Shown here: one piece after another, positions 37,001-49,422 of the stretch
Layout: each line of letters starts with the position of its first letter
Numbering within the stretch: position 1 is the first letter of the stretch
Assembly (NCBI RefSeq): GCF_037042905.1
Contig: NC_087263.1
Location: 11,968,001 to 12,032,000, forward strand
Direction of reading: 5' to 3'
From: Lytechinus pictus
Taxonomy: Eukaryota
Length of the DNA stretch: 64,000 nucleotides
Notes under the pieces: generated by a model
What the model was told of the DNA's origin: nothing
The model's input: only the letters and a program-made list of their open reading frames with translations
The model's database searches: none
Made by a program: the position numbers and the translations under genes

Positions 37001-37618
37001 GAAACGACGGCACCACCATGAATCGATGTCCGTCACAAGATGGCTACTCAGATATGAAAATTAACTTTCACACCTCAGTAAAGCTTTTGTTGAGAATGAA
37101 AGTGCGATGCAAAGCAAAGGCAATAATAGTCTATCATTCTCGCAAGCTGTAAACACTGTAAAGAATTTTTTTAACAAGATGCATGACGATATGAAGAATT
37201 TTTCCAGGGGGGAGGGAATTTGTTGACATATAGGCCTACAAGTGAGAGACTAAAGCATTTGAGCTGGACAGGAAGATTATACATGTCATGTAAATGTATT
37301 GAATTTATGGATCTGATCTGGTGCATATTTGGTTGATAAGGGGGTAATTTATTTTATTTTATATTGATTACTTTGTTATTTTTTTTAGGGCCTATTTATT
37401 TATCGAATTAATATGCATTTGTTTCATCTGTGTCCATGTTATTTTGAGTGGGGGATTTCAAATGAAAATCAATGTTTTTGTAGGCATTCTTCCCTCATCG
37501 TTATTAGTGAGTAAGCTTATTTTGTTATGATACCATTGTTCTGTCCTCCCCTTCATGTTTTGGTAATATTTATTTTTGTTGCAGTTTTTCATTTCTTTAT
37601 AAGTATAACTACAAACTT

Positions 37619-37817
37619 CCCTACTGGGAAGAACACAGTGTCCCACCTGCCACAGTGTGGAACACAAAGTGAAATCACCTTCACACTGTTAAACTTAAGC
37701 ATTTCAACAGTTTGAATCACAAATTCACATAGTCTACCATATGAACACACTGTGAACCATCACACTGTTGAAGTGTCCACAGTGTGAACACACTGTGACA
37801 CGTTCTTTCCAGCAGGG
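37619..37817 (+). mobile_element. CCC..GGG-terminated MITE with CACAGTGTG/CACACTGTG subrepeats
   Basis: TT|CCCTACTGGGAAGAAC...GTTCTTTCCAGCAGGG|TT; a related reverse copy lies at about 57590-57865. Confidence 0.65.
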
Positions 37818-38839
37818 TTGTTATGTAGGAAGCATATACAACAAAAACTGTGGTGATAATTGGTGTAGACGACCACACCAGTTATTTTTCTCCAGTGTTA
37901 AATTTTTGGAGTTGATTCAACACCTAAGGGTGTTTTACAACACCTTTGTTATTTACACTCTTTGGTGTAATGTGTTTTACAACACTATACCCTTACACCC
38001 TTTGGTGTTATGTAGTTTACAGCACCTTGGTTGTTCCTTTTACTTTCACTATCTGGTGTTGTGTTCAGTCTTTAGGATGTAATCTTCTTAACACCTCAGT
38101 TTGTGGTCTTCTTGGGACACCAACCGGTGTCCATATCAACACCCCATGCAGTTTTAACAGTGCAAACGTATTTCTATAGGTTCTATATTATTTTTTTTTC
38201 TTGCTTTCTTGTTTCACCTCTGTAAAGCGCTTATTACTACTAGTAGTAGTATTAATATTATAATTATTAATTAGAATTGCGGAAGGAGTAATGGATGATC
38301 ATTAGGTTGATAATTTGCGAACAGAACAAAGTAAATAGATCTACTGACTGCTTTGGCCTTTGGACCACATCCTCATGGGTGCCATTGCATACTACATGTG
38401 ATCTTTAATGGATCGTGAAGACCGCAAACAATCTACATGCGCTATTGATCATTCTTGTTCTGGCAGAGGTGTTGATTTTAAAGGGGTATATTTTACTCTG
38501 ATTCCATTTTTGCTTAAATGAAAGCAGAAAACTCTGTCCATAACGAATTGTCAGCTTGTTTTTAAAGGAAAGGTCAGAAACAAATTTTGAAATTCAGTCA
38601 TTATAGTTTTGCATTAGCTTTGTAGCCATTGTGATTGAATCTAATTTGTTATACTATAAACAGTGGAATGATAATGATGAAGACAAACCTATTTTGAAGG
38701 TGCACTGTTCTGAGCAGATTTGGAGATATGTTTCAAGAAGCCCCCCCCCCCTCTTCCTCTTTCTTTCTATCTCTCCCTCTGTCCCTCTCTCTAACCACCC
38801 CACCCCTCCCCCTTTCTCCATATGGGTGAGTAATGGTTC

Positions 38840-39212
38840 CAGTGTTTCCACTCTTCCTGAAATTTCCCGAATTTCAGGAAATTTTGACTTTTTCCAGGAA
38901 AGGTTCGGATGATGAAAAAATTCCAGGAAATTTCTGGAAATCCAAAAATTACAATTAATCAACAATTAAACATAGCAAATTTGAATATTCTCTTTATATT
39001 TTAAGAATTGTTTACCTCCATATGTACATGTAGCTAAAAATTTTGTTCCTATTTTTAAAGAGGCTGTGAAAAAAATAGCTATATTTGTTGATTTAGGCCA
39101 CCTGGACCAAATTTAGGCTCACTGAAATTGAAAATTCAGGGAAGTATCTACGAATTTCAGGAAATTTGGGATTCAGTTTTGGGAAATTTATTCTGGATCT
39201 GTGGAAACACTG
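38840..39212 (+). mobile_element. hAT-type MITE, 8-bp TSD
   Basis: AATGGTTC|CAGTGTTTCCAC...GTGGAAACACTG|CATGGTTC; internal TTCCAGGAAA repeats; a related element lies at 60580-60951. Confidence 0.8.
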
Positions 39213-39399
39213 CATGGTTCTGTACAAATCCATTAATATTCCATTGTAAGTCCCATCCATCCCTACCAAGAAATCGACATTGGTTATAATTTATACCCCT
39301 TCAGCAAAGCTGGATGTAACTCAATTTGTTTGACAAATGGTGATACTGGCCGCAGAAAAATCAATACTTGATACTGACAATTGCTCCTGATGTCAAATA

Positions 39400-40150
39400 A
39401 TGTAGAGAGTGAATGAAAGGGTGAGATACATGAGCAGAGGAGGTGAGAAAGAGGGAAAGGGGGACAGACAGAAGGAGAGAGGGAGAGAGAGGGTGGAGCT
39501 TTGTGGTTTGAGGTGAAGATGAAACGGTGATGAAGTGTAGAGGAAGTGGATATAGAAGAAAGAGAGAGATAGACAGAAAGAAGAAATATAGTGATGGATA
39601 GATTGATAAAAAGAGAGAAAGAGAAAAACTGAGAGTGTGAGAAGGAAAAATGTAAGAAAGAATGGACGATGAGAAATAAAGCAGTGAGAGGCAAGGATAT
39701 AAAAGATTTTTGATATATAGATGGATGGATGGGTGGGTGGATGGATGGGTAGATAGATAGATAGATAGCAAGATAGAAGTCAAGAGAGAAAAACAGAGAA
39801 AAGAAAGAAATGTGGAAACACAGAAAACAATTAAAAACATTTTTAGAATAGGAAGAGAGAGAACAAGAAAAAAGGTGTAGATCTTTGAAAAGAAATAAAA
39901 GGATAGAGAGAAAAGGAAAAGAGTAATAAACAAAAAAGAATGAGATGATAGAAGAAGGAATGTGTGTATAATAGAAGAGAGAATGAGAGAGAGAAAGAAA
40001 GAGGAAAGAATAGATGGGAGAAAAGAGGAAAGACTGGCAGGAGAGTTTCACAGATGGAGATGGAGGGATATCGGGGTCAAAGAGTGAATGAGTAAAGGAA
40101 GTGAGGCGGAAGTATGTAAACAGCGGGAGTGATAGATGCGGAGATGAATT
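39400..40150. repeat. Purine-rich (GA/GGAT/AGAT) low-complexity tract
   Basis: Direct reading; it explains the 255-aa and 190-aa F/L/S-rich minus-strand ORFs. Confidence 0.85.
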
Positions 40151-40989
40151 ATTACTGGATTATAAAACCAGGAGTGAGATTGCATTGGTGATACATATTG
40201 CCGGTAGTACATGAGCATGTAGGTTCGTAGGCAGTACAGGGGAAATGTTTGATGGGGCGATTTCACAAATACTTTATGAATGATTCCTGTAGGCTTAACT
40301 TAAAATTGTTACATGGGGTAGTTTAATCCGTCATTTTTGCTAAAAATCAAGATGTGCATATAGGGTACATGAAATGTTTTGAGAAATAAAATAAAATTTA
40401 AAAATATCACATTCAGTTACAATGAAATTTTCAGCTGTAAGCTCGGTTAATTTTTCTCTCTGTATTTAAATCAGGCCTCCATCACTTTCAAGCTCCAAGC
40501 TTAAGATGGAGGTCTCCCACATTTCTATATATATATGTTCAGTAATTAAAGAAAATGTATATATAGATATAATTTCACAGTACAGTTGATATTTTATAAT
40601 GATTTATGTGCATTATTCATTATGTTTAAAAAAAAATATTTGCCTATTATGTAATATTGAAAAAAAATATTATACTTGTATATTCTTTGTTTTTGTTTTG
40701 AAATGTGGAAATAAAATAAATCAAATCAAATCAAATCAAATCAACTTTTTGTTGGGATGGACTTCTCCTTCAAGCTTTCAAACTTTCATGTTGCTCTTAC
40801 TTTAATACAGCACACTCAATGATTATGTAGGACAAATTCTTTGAATAGTGAAGATATTTTTGGTTATTCCTCGATGATATAGTATTGTGACTTTGAAGCT
40901 TAGTATTTTGCTCTTTTGATTTTCAGGACAAATGCTGCATGGAAATTAAGTAGTCAAGAAAATGTAGTTTAAACTTAGTACAAATTTCA

Positions 40990-41290
40990 GAATAATAATA
41001 ATGATAAACATTCTTGTATAGTGCCTATCACATTATTATTATGTCTCTATGGCCTATGCATATCCAAAGGAATTGGATATATTACCCCCGCTTTAGTTTG
41101 GGCGAGGTAATTACTGTGCAAATGCATTTCAAGGAATAAATTCCTGCCAGGTACCCATTTACCTCACCTGGGTCAAGTGTGGCACATTGTAGAACTACAC
41201 ATGAACTCCATGGCTGGGATTTGAACCCACAATCCTCCGTTTCAAAGTCTGGACTCTGGAGACTTATCCCCCGGGCTACAATGCCCCAGC
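40990..41290 (-). mobile_element. Degenerate tRNA-derived SINE (Meta-like domain)
   Basis: Homologous to 48825-49119; B-box-like GGTTCAAATCC and CCCAGGTGAGGTAAATGGGTACC on the minus strand; (ATT) tail. Confidence 0.72.
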
Positions 41291-41302
41291 ATACAGTGTA
41301 CC

Positions 41303-41506
41303 TAGTCTGCTATGCAGACTCTGAATGGCTCGTGAGGTGGGATCTCAGCGTCGCATGCTGCTGGTTTGCGAAGCAAACCAGCCTGAAAGGGTGAGCGAAG
41401 CGAGCCATTTCACATCTGCAGCCACAGTAGACCTAGTCTGCTATGCAGACTCCTTGAATAAGCTGTGGTACACACACTGCAGATGTGGGTCTACATTTGT
41501 AGACTA
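41303..41506 (+). mobile_element. TAG..CTA MITE with perfect 9-bp TSD (AcademH-type)
   Basis: CAGTGTACC|TAGTCTGCTATGCAGAC...GTCTACATTTGTAGACTA|CAGTGTACC. Confidence 0.8.
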
Positions 41507-41540
41507 CAGTGTACCCTATGGCAGACATGTTGGAGGGTAA

Positions 41541-41713
41541 ACAATGAACTTTTGTGCTTCAAAAAAGTGATAAATCCTCATTGTTATGGTCTGATGCACA
41601 ATGAACTTTTCTGCATGAAACAATGATAAATCATCATTTTTTATGGTCAGGTGCACAATGAACTTATGTGCATCAAACTATGATAAATCATCATTTTTAT
41701 GGTCTGATGCACA
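41541..41713. repeat. Tandem repeat, 3 x 57 bp
   Basis: ACAATGAACTT...GATAAATC(C/A)TCATT...TTATGGTC units at 41541, 41598 and 41655. Confidence 0.85.
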
Positions 41714-41733
41714 GGTTTCCCATTGTTATGTCC

Positions 41734-42037
41734 TAGTCTGCAAGCACAGACTCCAATTTGACACTTTTACCAAAAACCATGTCTAGAGTGAAGACTAGAC
41801 ACCAAACTCTCTGTCTGTGTGCCAGCCACAGTACATAGTGAATCCAGTCTCACTTCTTCAGACTCTGCATTGTGCACTATGCGAATTGGAAAGAAAAAAA
41901 ATGTCTGGATTGACGACTTGATTCCAAACTCTCTTTGTGTGTGCCAGCCACAGTACATAGTGAATCTGCATGTAGTCTCACTAATTCAGACTCTGCATTC
42001 TGCAAAATGCAAAAAAGGGGTCTGTGCCTGCAGACTA
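41734..42037 (+). mobile_element. TAG..CTA MITE with 9-bp TSD (AcademH-type) and internal duplication
   Basis: TAGTCTGCAAGCACAGAC...GTCTGTGCCTGCAGACTA; flanks GTTATGTCC/CTTATATCC. Confidence 0.75.
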
Positions 42038-45000
42038 CTTATATCCTGCTTTGGGACCTCATCTAAGAATGCTCTATTTCTTTTTTCTACATCATCTAGG
42101 GTAGATGTGAAGTAAGTCAAAATTGATTGATTTTTTGCAATATATGAATATTTTTTTCAAAATATCTTTTTCCCCTTTCTTTATACTATTCTAAAGTTTA
42201 TTCATAAACATCAATTTGAATATTTTGTTTGTTTAGAAGTTTGTTTTGTAAAACTTGGCTAACATGTTCAACACCCAATATTTACATTTAGAAGGTCCAT
42301 TTCATAAAACGCTTTATTAGGAAATCTTGTACAATCACAAAAGAATGATCTAACAAAAGAAAAACACACCATCGGTTATACCAATTTAATGTTTCGTTTG
42401 TAATGCAATGTAAGTGTTATACATTTCAGTTCATTCCTTCATACTGCTTCCATTATACATCATTATCTCATAAGGGAGGTATAACAAGCATCTATACATT
42501 CGTGATCCACATATTACTTTGTGAGGGGATCTTAAGTCAATATTTTGTCAGTTTTCCCTCAAGAGAAACCTTAATGGGTCCATGTTTATTCCTTACCAGA
42601 TGATTATTGATGATTGTCCTGTTAAAGGTGACATGTAGAAGTCAAATTTGACCCTGTTCACATTCATTCATTCATCAGTTCATAGATTTAAAATAGATGA
42701 GATGTTTAATCGATGGAGTTCAAAGATCGTTGATTTTGATCCCTATGTGCCATGTAGATAGCTATATGGTAAGTTTTCTATACCGAACGTTAGTGTCTTG
42801 CTACTTGATGAGATAGGGAGATATTTTGATTGATTGATTGATTTATTGATTGAAATGGGAAACTCCTATTAAAATGAAGGTTCCCTTTAATATGTTGTCA
42901 AGTTGACTAATCAATTTTATATGCTCCACCCCTCCAAAAAAATGAAATAGATAAATAAAAGAAAGAAATGAATGAACGAACAAATGAATGAGAAATACGA
43001 ATATAAAAGATGATAAAAATGTCTTTAAATGAGGGCTGGGTGATACAAAAATCAAATTTTTAAATAGATTTGACATGATATTAACAAAATGATATCATAT
43101 TTCACCTTTCTTTGTTTTTCTCTTTTTTTTTCTTGGTCGTGAAAAAGCCCACCCCCATCTGAACGCCACTGCCACTGATATTTAAAATTAAATCACTGCA
43201 GTTTTGCTGCCTCATATCATAACTAGTCTGAGTACAGACTACAGGTTAATATTATGAAGCAGTCATGTCATGATTTATCATTATCGATAATGCTTGCTCT
43301 TATGGGTATAAAAGCTCTTTTATCTAATGACATCGCGGTTTCGGACAAAGGGTATTACCATCCATCCGCAAATTAGTCTTAGTTCTAATGGACTCTCGGG
43401 GGGAGACAATAGCAGCAAGAGGAAAGTACAGGGTCATATTTCATAAAGACAAATTTACAATCAGCCAATCAGAGTGTAGGATTTTGGTAGCTTTTAACTG
43501 TTATTGTAAATTTGTTACTTTAACAAGTTTTATGAAATGTGCCCCTGGAGGAAAGTACAGGGTCACATTTCATAATAACTAACGCACAATTTCTAGCACA
43601 GATTTACTATGAGCCAATCAAAGTGAAGGATTTCAGTAGCTTGTAACTGTTATTGTACATTACGTTTGTTATTATAACAAGATGAAACCGACCCCAGGAC
43701 ATTGTCATGAAAGCTAAAGCTTTTTAAATGGTCAGTAATGTGAATTTGTACAAGAGTATCATTTACCATTCCAATTTTACTGCAGTATATTATTATTATT
43801 ATCATTATTATTATTAATATTATTATTGTTGTTGTTATTTCCACCGTCCACAACTTGATGTTCTGTTCAGTGTTGGTATATTAAACAGCAATCGGACTTC
43901 GTCCAGAAATCTAGGGTTATTGTTCTATATTCTATCAAATTGGTCCTCTTCTCATTGTTCACTTCTCTTTTCACTTCTCTTCTCATTGCTCACTTCTCAA
44001 AAGTTTGTGAGCCCCACCATAAAATGCACTCTTTCATGCTGAATGTTGAATGTAGATACCACCTCCACAGTGTTCGGCTAGCCCAATGAAACAATCTTTA
44101 CTCAATGTAATATTATTATGACATGACTTCACAATTGAATATGTAAAAACATGGCAGAACTTGAATAGATTAAATATGTTCATTTTCTGTTGGGATCTTA
44201 GTCATGTGACTTTTGGGCACCACTGTGTACAATGCAGTTTGGGGGTAGTTACCAACTAACAAATGCCAATTAAAGATCGGCTTTACAAGGGAAGGTTCAA
44301 AGAGAAGGCTATAGGGGATGTTTGCAGAAAGTATTTGCGATCAGTTGCAAATTTCTGTTGCAAATTACAAATCAATTGGCACTTGAGCAAAATTGATTTT
44401 TACTACTTGTTTCAAGAAGCAGATCATGGCCCCGTCTTATAAAGAGTTACGATTGAACTGATCATTTCAAATTATTTGGAAATCTAAAAATGTCGTAATT
44501 CTTTCCTCCAGGAAATTTGCATAATGTCCTTTATAAACAAAGAGAAGCACACTCAATTTTTAAGAAATTGATGAATGTATGAATATCCAACATACATGTA
44601 TATAGGCATTGTTTTGAACAAACTTGCATTTTATATGTTGATGTTGCTGGCTTTCCATAGTTGTGGTTGATCAGATCAATCACAACTCTTTGTAAGACGA
44701 GGCCGAGCAATCTCGTGCAACTTTGCAGTTAATTGTCAGGCTTGTGATTGATTTTTTCAACCCGATAATGAATTTCAAAAATAATTTATTCTTTAATATG
44801 TTATATTTTCATTAAAAATTGATTTATTGGCACGATAGAAATATCATTTACAAATTTTAAAGATAGATACATCTACAAATAAAAAAAGAGCTAGGACCTT
44901 ATCAAACCAACCATTGCTTGTGAGTGAGCCCCTACAGCAATATGCTAAATTTGAAACTGAAATTGATAAGAATAGAAATACAAAATGTATGACACAAGAG

Positions 45001-46214
45001 ATTTGTCCGATAATGTATCCCTTTAGTAATGGATGAAGTGCGTAATGAAATTTTTCAAAGCGCTGTATATTATACAACCTAACTACTAACATAATTAATT
45101 ATATTAACAAACTAAACTTAATATAAACACGCGATTTGGTATATCATTCAGAATTGGCTCCAACCAAATTTAATCAGCAATTTTACCTTAAAGCGTTCCT
45201 TGCTCTAATATTATGGTGAGAGAAGATGTTTTTTAGTCTGACTTGTTGATTTTTATCTGTGATAAGAATAATTCATGAAGGATTTTAAGAAGAGAAAAGG
45301 ATTGCTACATGTCTAATGATGCATAAAAGATTTGATTGGTATCTGCCTATACATGAGGTATATTAAAGGGATATATATCTGGCCATCTTTGAAAATAAAA
45401 AGAGCTCTCATGAATGTACTGAGCGTTGGAAGCGAAAGATTGGGCCAAAGCTGGAAATGATATTGGTGCACCTTGGAAAAGATTACACAGGTGCATATTT
45501 TTATTTCTTAATTGTACATATAAAGTAAAAGAAAAGTAACTACCTTAAAACAGTGTACATCATAAATTATCAGCAGCATAATCATGATTATTGCAAAAAT
45601 GAATGAAAAATATAGTTTTAAAAAATAATTTCATGAATAGGAGATTGGAAGTGCAAGCTTGTTAAAGATTGTTTTTTAAGAAAAAATATTGAGGGCATAT
45701 TTGATTGTAAGTGTCACAGCAAAGCTCTACATTTATGGAGATTTGTTCCTTTGAATTTCATTTTTAAAGGAAAGATAAACATTAGTACTTTGTGAGTTAT
45801 GAAATTTACCTTTAAAAAAAAGATGCTGGAATCCTATGAAACGGCCGCGTGACGTCGGTCGGAGAAGAGTACATTCGAATTTTGCTTCTGCAGAAAAGGG
45901 GGCCAATATCAGATGAATTGATTAAGCTCAAATTGCAGAAAGTAGAATCATTAATGTGATTTAGTTGAGAAATAAATCAAGAATATGAAGTGTTCTATTT
46001 CTCTCTGAAACATCAATTTTGTGCGGGATGAATAACCCCTCGGAAAGGAAGCGGGCGATTTCATTACTTAAACCTTTGCCGACTTGAATCGAGTTGTCCC
46101 TGAACAAAACCTATGGAAATTTCATAGTCAATTGGTGTGATAATTAAATCTAAAGCCTGTCTATAGCTCTGATTAATTACCGCCAATGTGGATCACTATT
46201 CCGATTCATTATGT

Positions 46215-46510
46215 GGGCGCATCTAGTCTGGTCTAGTGGTTCTGACTCTCTCCTTTCAAGCAAAGGGCTGTGGGTTCAAATTTTTGCCATGATGTGTTTT
46301 CCTTTAGCCAGAAATTTATCCACACTGTGCTGGACTAGACTCAGGTGAGGTGAATGGGTGCGTACCCGGCAGGATTAATTCCTTGAATGCACTGAGCGCC
46401 GACGATGGTAGTTTGAGCTAAAGCTTGGGTAATAATATAGCAAGCGCTTTGTATCTTGAGGCAAAAAGTGCTACAGTATATAAATACAGCTATTATTATC
46501 ATTATTATAA
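46215..46510 (+). mobile_element. tRNA-derived SINE (Meta-like domain)
   Basis: A-box-like TGGTCTAGTGG, B-box-like GGTTCAAAT, CAGGTGAGGTGAATGGGT core, (ATT) tail. Confidence 0.75.
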
Positions 46511-47440
46511 ATATGAACATGTATGCCCTCAAATATTATGATGAGGAAGATATGAAACAAATTTTTTTAATGACTTTTACATGAAAATTTACTTAAAATG
46601 GAACTTAAAGCAGATACGAACCAATAGCACCATCTCGAGTCCTCAACTACTCATACCTGGCCAGTTTCCTGACCCATAATGCTAGTGTAGTCTAGTAATA
46701 TAGACCCACTTGAATGATAACATGCTAATTAACTACTCAATACATTTATACCGCAATAATTATGTTACCAAGTAGCAAAACAATTACTTTTCCTCTCAAA
46801 ACATTTTAGTTTCTGTATATAAATACAATTATAGGTCAAGCTATTCTCATATTAGTATTTATAGCAGATATCTGAAAACGAATATTTTAAGACTATGTAT
46901 TTATAACACACAGCTCATTTCCCCTTAAAACTACTAATCGCATAAGTATCCATTAAAATATAAATCATATTAATATGGCCATGCTCTGGCCCTATCAAAA
47001 TGAAATATCTGCATCTTTTTTTCTTTCCTTATATAATGACAACTATTCAAAAGCATGGAATGCGCTTAACATTTCAGAATATATTATTGAATGCTCCTTA
47101 GTTTTTTTACATTAGAACAGTATCTTTTTAAGATATACATACATATATAAAGTACTCAATGTGTCCTCTTTAATGAGAAATAAAACATTGCAGAGAGAGT
47201 GCGTTCAATGTCTTACATTTTTAAAGTGACATCATTCTTTTTCTCATTTACATATTGCTCATGTTGTGCATTTAATTGTTTTTTTTTTTCATAATTATCA
47301 ATACTTTGAAATGTCATTCTTATTTCACTTGTCTACTTGCCCAAACTTACTTTTTGGATTGACTCACACTTTAACCTGGATTCAGCCTTCTTCATCATCA
47401 TCATAAAAAATAAGCTCTGAAAAAGTAGGTTCTTACAAGT

Positions 47441-47800
47441 AAGGGAAGCTGATTGCTCGGAGGTAAAGATTCTAATATTCTATACTTACTTTTACATGTT
47501 TCTCAATTCCTTAAATGTTAAGGAAGCTGAATGCTCAGAGGCGAATCCTCATAATTTGAATTATTTTGAAATGTCTCTCAGCACCTTAAAAAAAAGTTAA
47601 AGAAGCTGAATGCTCAGAGGTGAATCTTCATATTAAGTATTTTCAAATGTTTCTCAGTTCCTTAAAAGTTAAGGAAGCTGAATGCTCAGAGGTGAATCCT
47701 CATATTTCAAAGTATTTTTAAAATGTTTCTCAGTTCCTTAAAAGTTAAGGAAGCTGAATGCTCAGAGGCAAATCCTCATATTCTGAATTATTTCAAAATG
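47441..47800. repeat. Minisatellite, 5 x ~72-80 bp
   Basis: Repeated GGAAGCTGAATGCTCAGAGG(T/C)GAATCCTCATA...TGTTTCTCAGTTCCTTAAAAGTTAA. Confidence 0.88.
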
Positions 47801-48584
47801 TGAATAAAGTCATCCTCTTCCCCGGCAGATGGAAACGTTTATTTTACTCCAAGACGAGAATTATGATCCTCTAAAAGTTCAGCTTTGAGGCATGCTGTAG
47901 CAATTAATCCTCGGCCTGTTCGTAGTTATGGAATATTATTTCCTGTAACTGTCGAAGGCAATCCTAGCGCTGAAGGTATGCTAAATACAGACAGCTGAAA
48001 CTGACTTTCCTTTTTGATGGAGGATTTTAGTTAATATAATATGAGCAAGAGTACCTTTTTTAGACAAGTGTATAGTCAGTAAAACCCCTGTATATTCTCA
48101 ATGAATCAAGATTGGTTGTTTGAACTGTTAACAATTATAGGTTTATATAATAAGAGCATTTTATAAAATTTAAACTGCGTTTTTACTGTCATAATGAGCA
48201 AGAATGTTTAGAAGAGGAAAACTACACTCTTTAAACGGATTTGGCACAGTAAATAATCTGTAAGTGAAAATGTGTGCTACCCATGAAAATGGTCAATATC
48301 AACCAAATTACGATTGACTCTTACCAATAAATAGGTTAAATTTGACTTAGAATTTTGTTAGTCACAAGAATATAACAATACTTTTTTTTTTAAACCAATC
48401 CCTTTTAAGAGTGCATTTCCTTATCATAAAGATAAGTATGTTTCGATGTAGTCAAATGGTTTGCAATAATAAATATTTGCTTAGGGATAGCATGGGGTTA
48501 AGAAAATGAAGTGTGATAAAGCAGAAGATTTGACCACTTTCCTAAGGCCAAGATTTTGCAGAGCAAACTTGATGCCTTGTGGCA

Positions 48585-48819
48585 CACTGTAAAAACTGTG
48601 GTGTTAAGACTGACACCAGTTGGTGTCTATTGAGGACCAAACCCTGAGGCGTTAAAATTACACCCTAGAGATTGAACATAACACCAAAGAGTGTAAATGC
48701 AACAACCAAAGGTGTTGTAATAACACCTATAGGTGTTAAACTAACACTGTCAATTTAACACCGGAGTAAAATAACTTGTTTTCCTCTGTACACTGGTAAA
48801 CACAACAGTTTTTGCTGTG
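48585..48819. mobile_element. CAC..GTG-terminated MITE, 2-bp CA TSD
   Basis: CA|CACTGTAAAAACTGTGGTGTT...AACACAACAGTTTTTGCTGTG|CA; internal AACACC/GGTGTT repeats. Confidence 0.75.
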
Positions 48820-48824
48820 CATCA

Positions 48825-49119
48825 TAATAATGATAATTATAATAGGCAGTTATATAGCGCTATCTATCTAGAAATAATCTATTCGGAGGCGCATTGTTGA
48901 TTATTATTATTTCCCCGGCCTTAGCTCGAGCTGCCTTTCAGCGGTCAGTGCATTCATGGAATTAATCCTACCGGGTACCCATTCACCTCACCTGGGTCGA
49001 GTGCAGCATAATGTGGATAAATTTCTTGCTGAAGGAAATTACGCCATGGCTGGGATTTGAACCCACGACCCTCTGTTTCAAAGTCAGAAAGACTAATCCA
49101 CTGGGCCACAACGCTCCAC
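48825..49119 (-). mobile_element. tRNA-derived SINE (Meta-like domain)
   Basis: Minus strand: TGGCCCAGTGG A box, GGTTCAAATCC B box, CCTTCAGCAAG...CTCGACCCAGGTGAGGTGAATGGGTACC core, GCGCTATATAA plus (ATT) tail. Confidence 0.85.
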
Positions 49120-49422
49120 GTTTCTGTTAGCTCAAGGGAACAGGTTTCAGCCACAAACATTCATCATCTTCCATTTTCCATTATCGATATTAGCTCCCAT
49201 GCCATATCATTTACCAGCTCCTTGGGTTGAAAACAATCTGTCCGGTTTCGCGTTTTGTTGATGCAGTTTTCCCCCGCCTCCGGTCACGACGATCTGAAGA
49301 TGATCAACATTGATTAAACTTCATCGTCGTTGTGGATGACAGGTCCGTTGATACTCATCACCATGGTAACAAAATGTGATCCAATATCATCCCATCTGTG
49401 CTGCTCCCCAGTCACACTGGTA

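Noticed and set aside
36960..37040. Hammerhead-ribozyme-like string GTGACGA-GGC-GGCA-GCC-GAAAC
   Set aside because: The core begins with G instead of the conserved C3, and neither stem I nor stem III forms properly with the nearby GTC triplets.
39284..40051. 255-aa hydrophobic ORF resembling a membrane protein
   Set aside because: Antisense reading of a GA-rich low-complexity tract; overlapping frames are similarly open.
47441..47800. Regular repeat with variable spacers resembling a CRISPR array
   Set aside because: The spacers are homologous to one another, there are no cas genes and the locus is a eukaryotic intron; it is a minisatellite.
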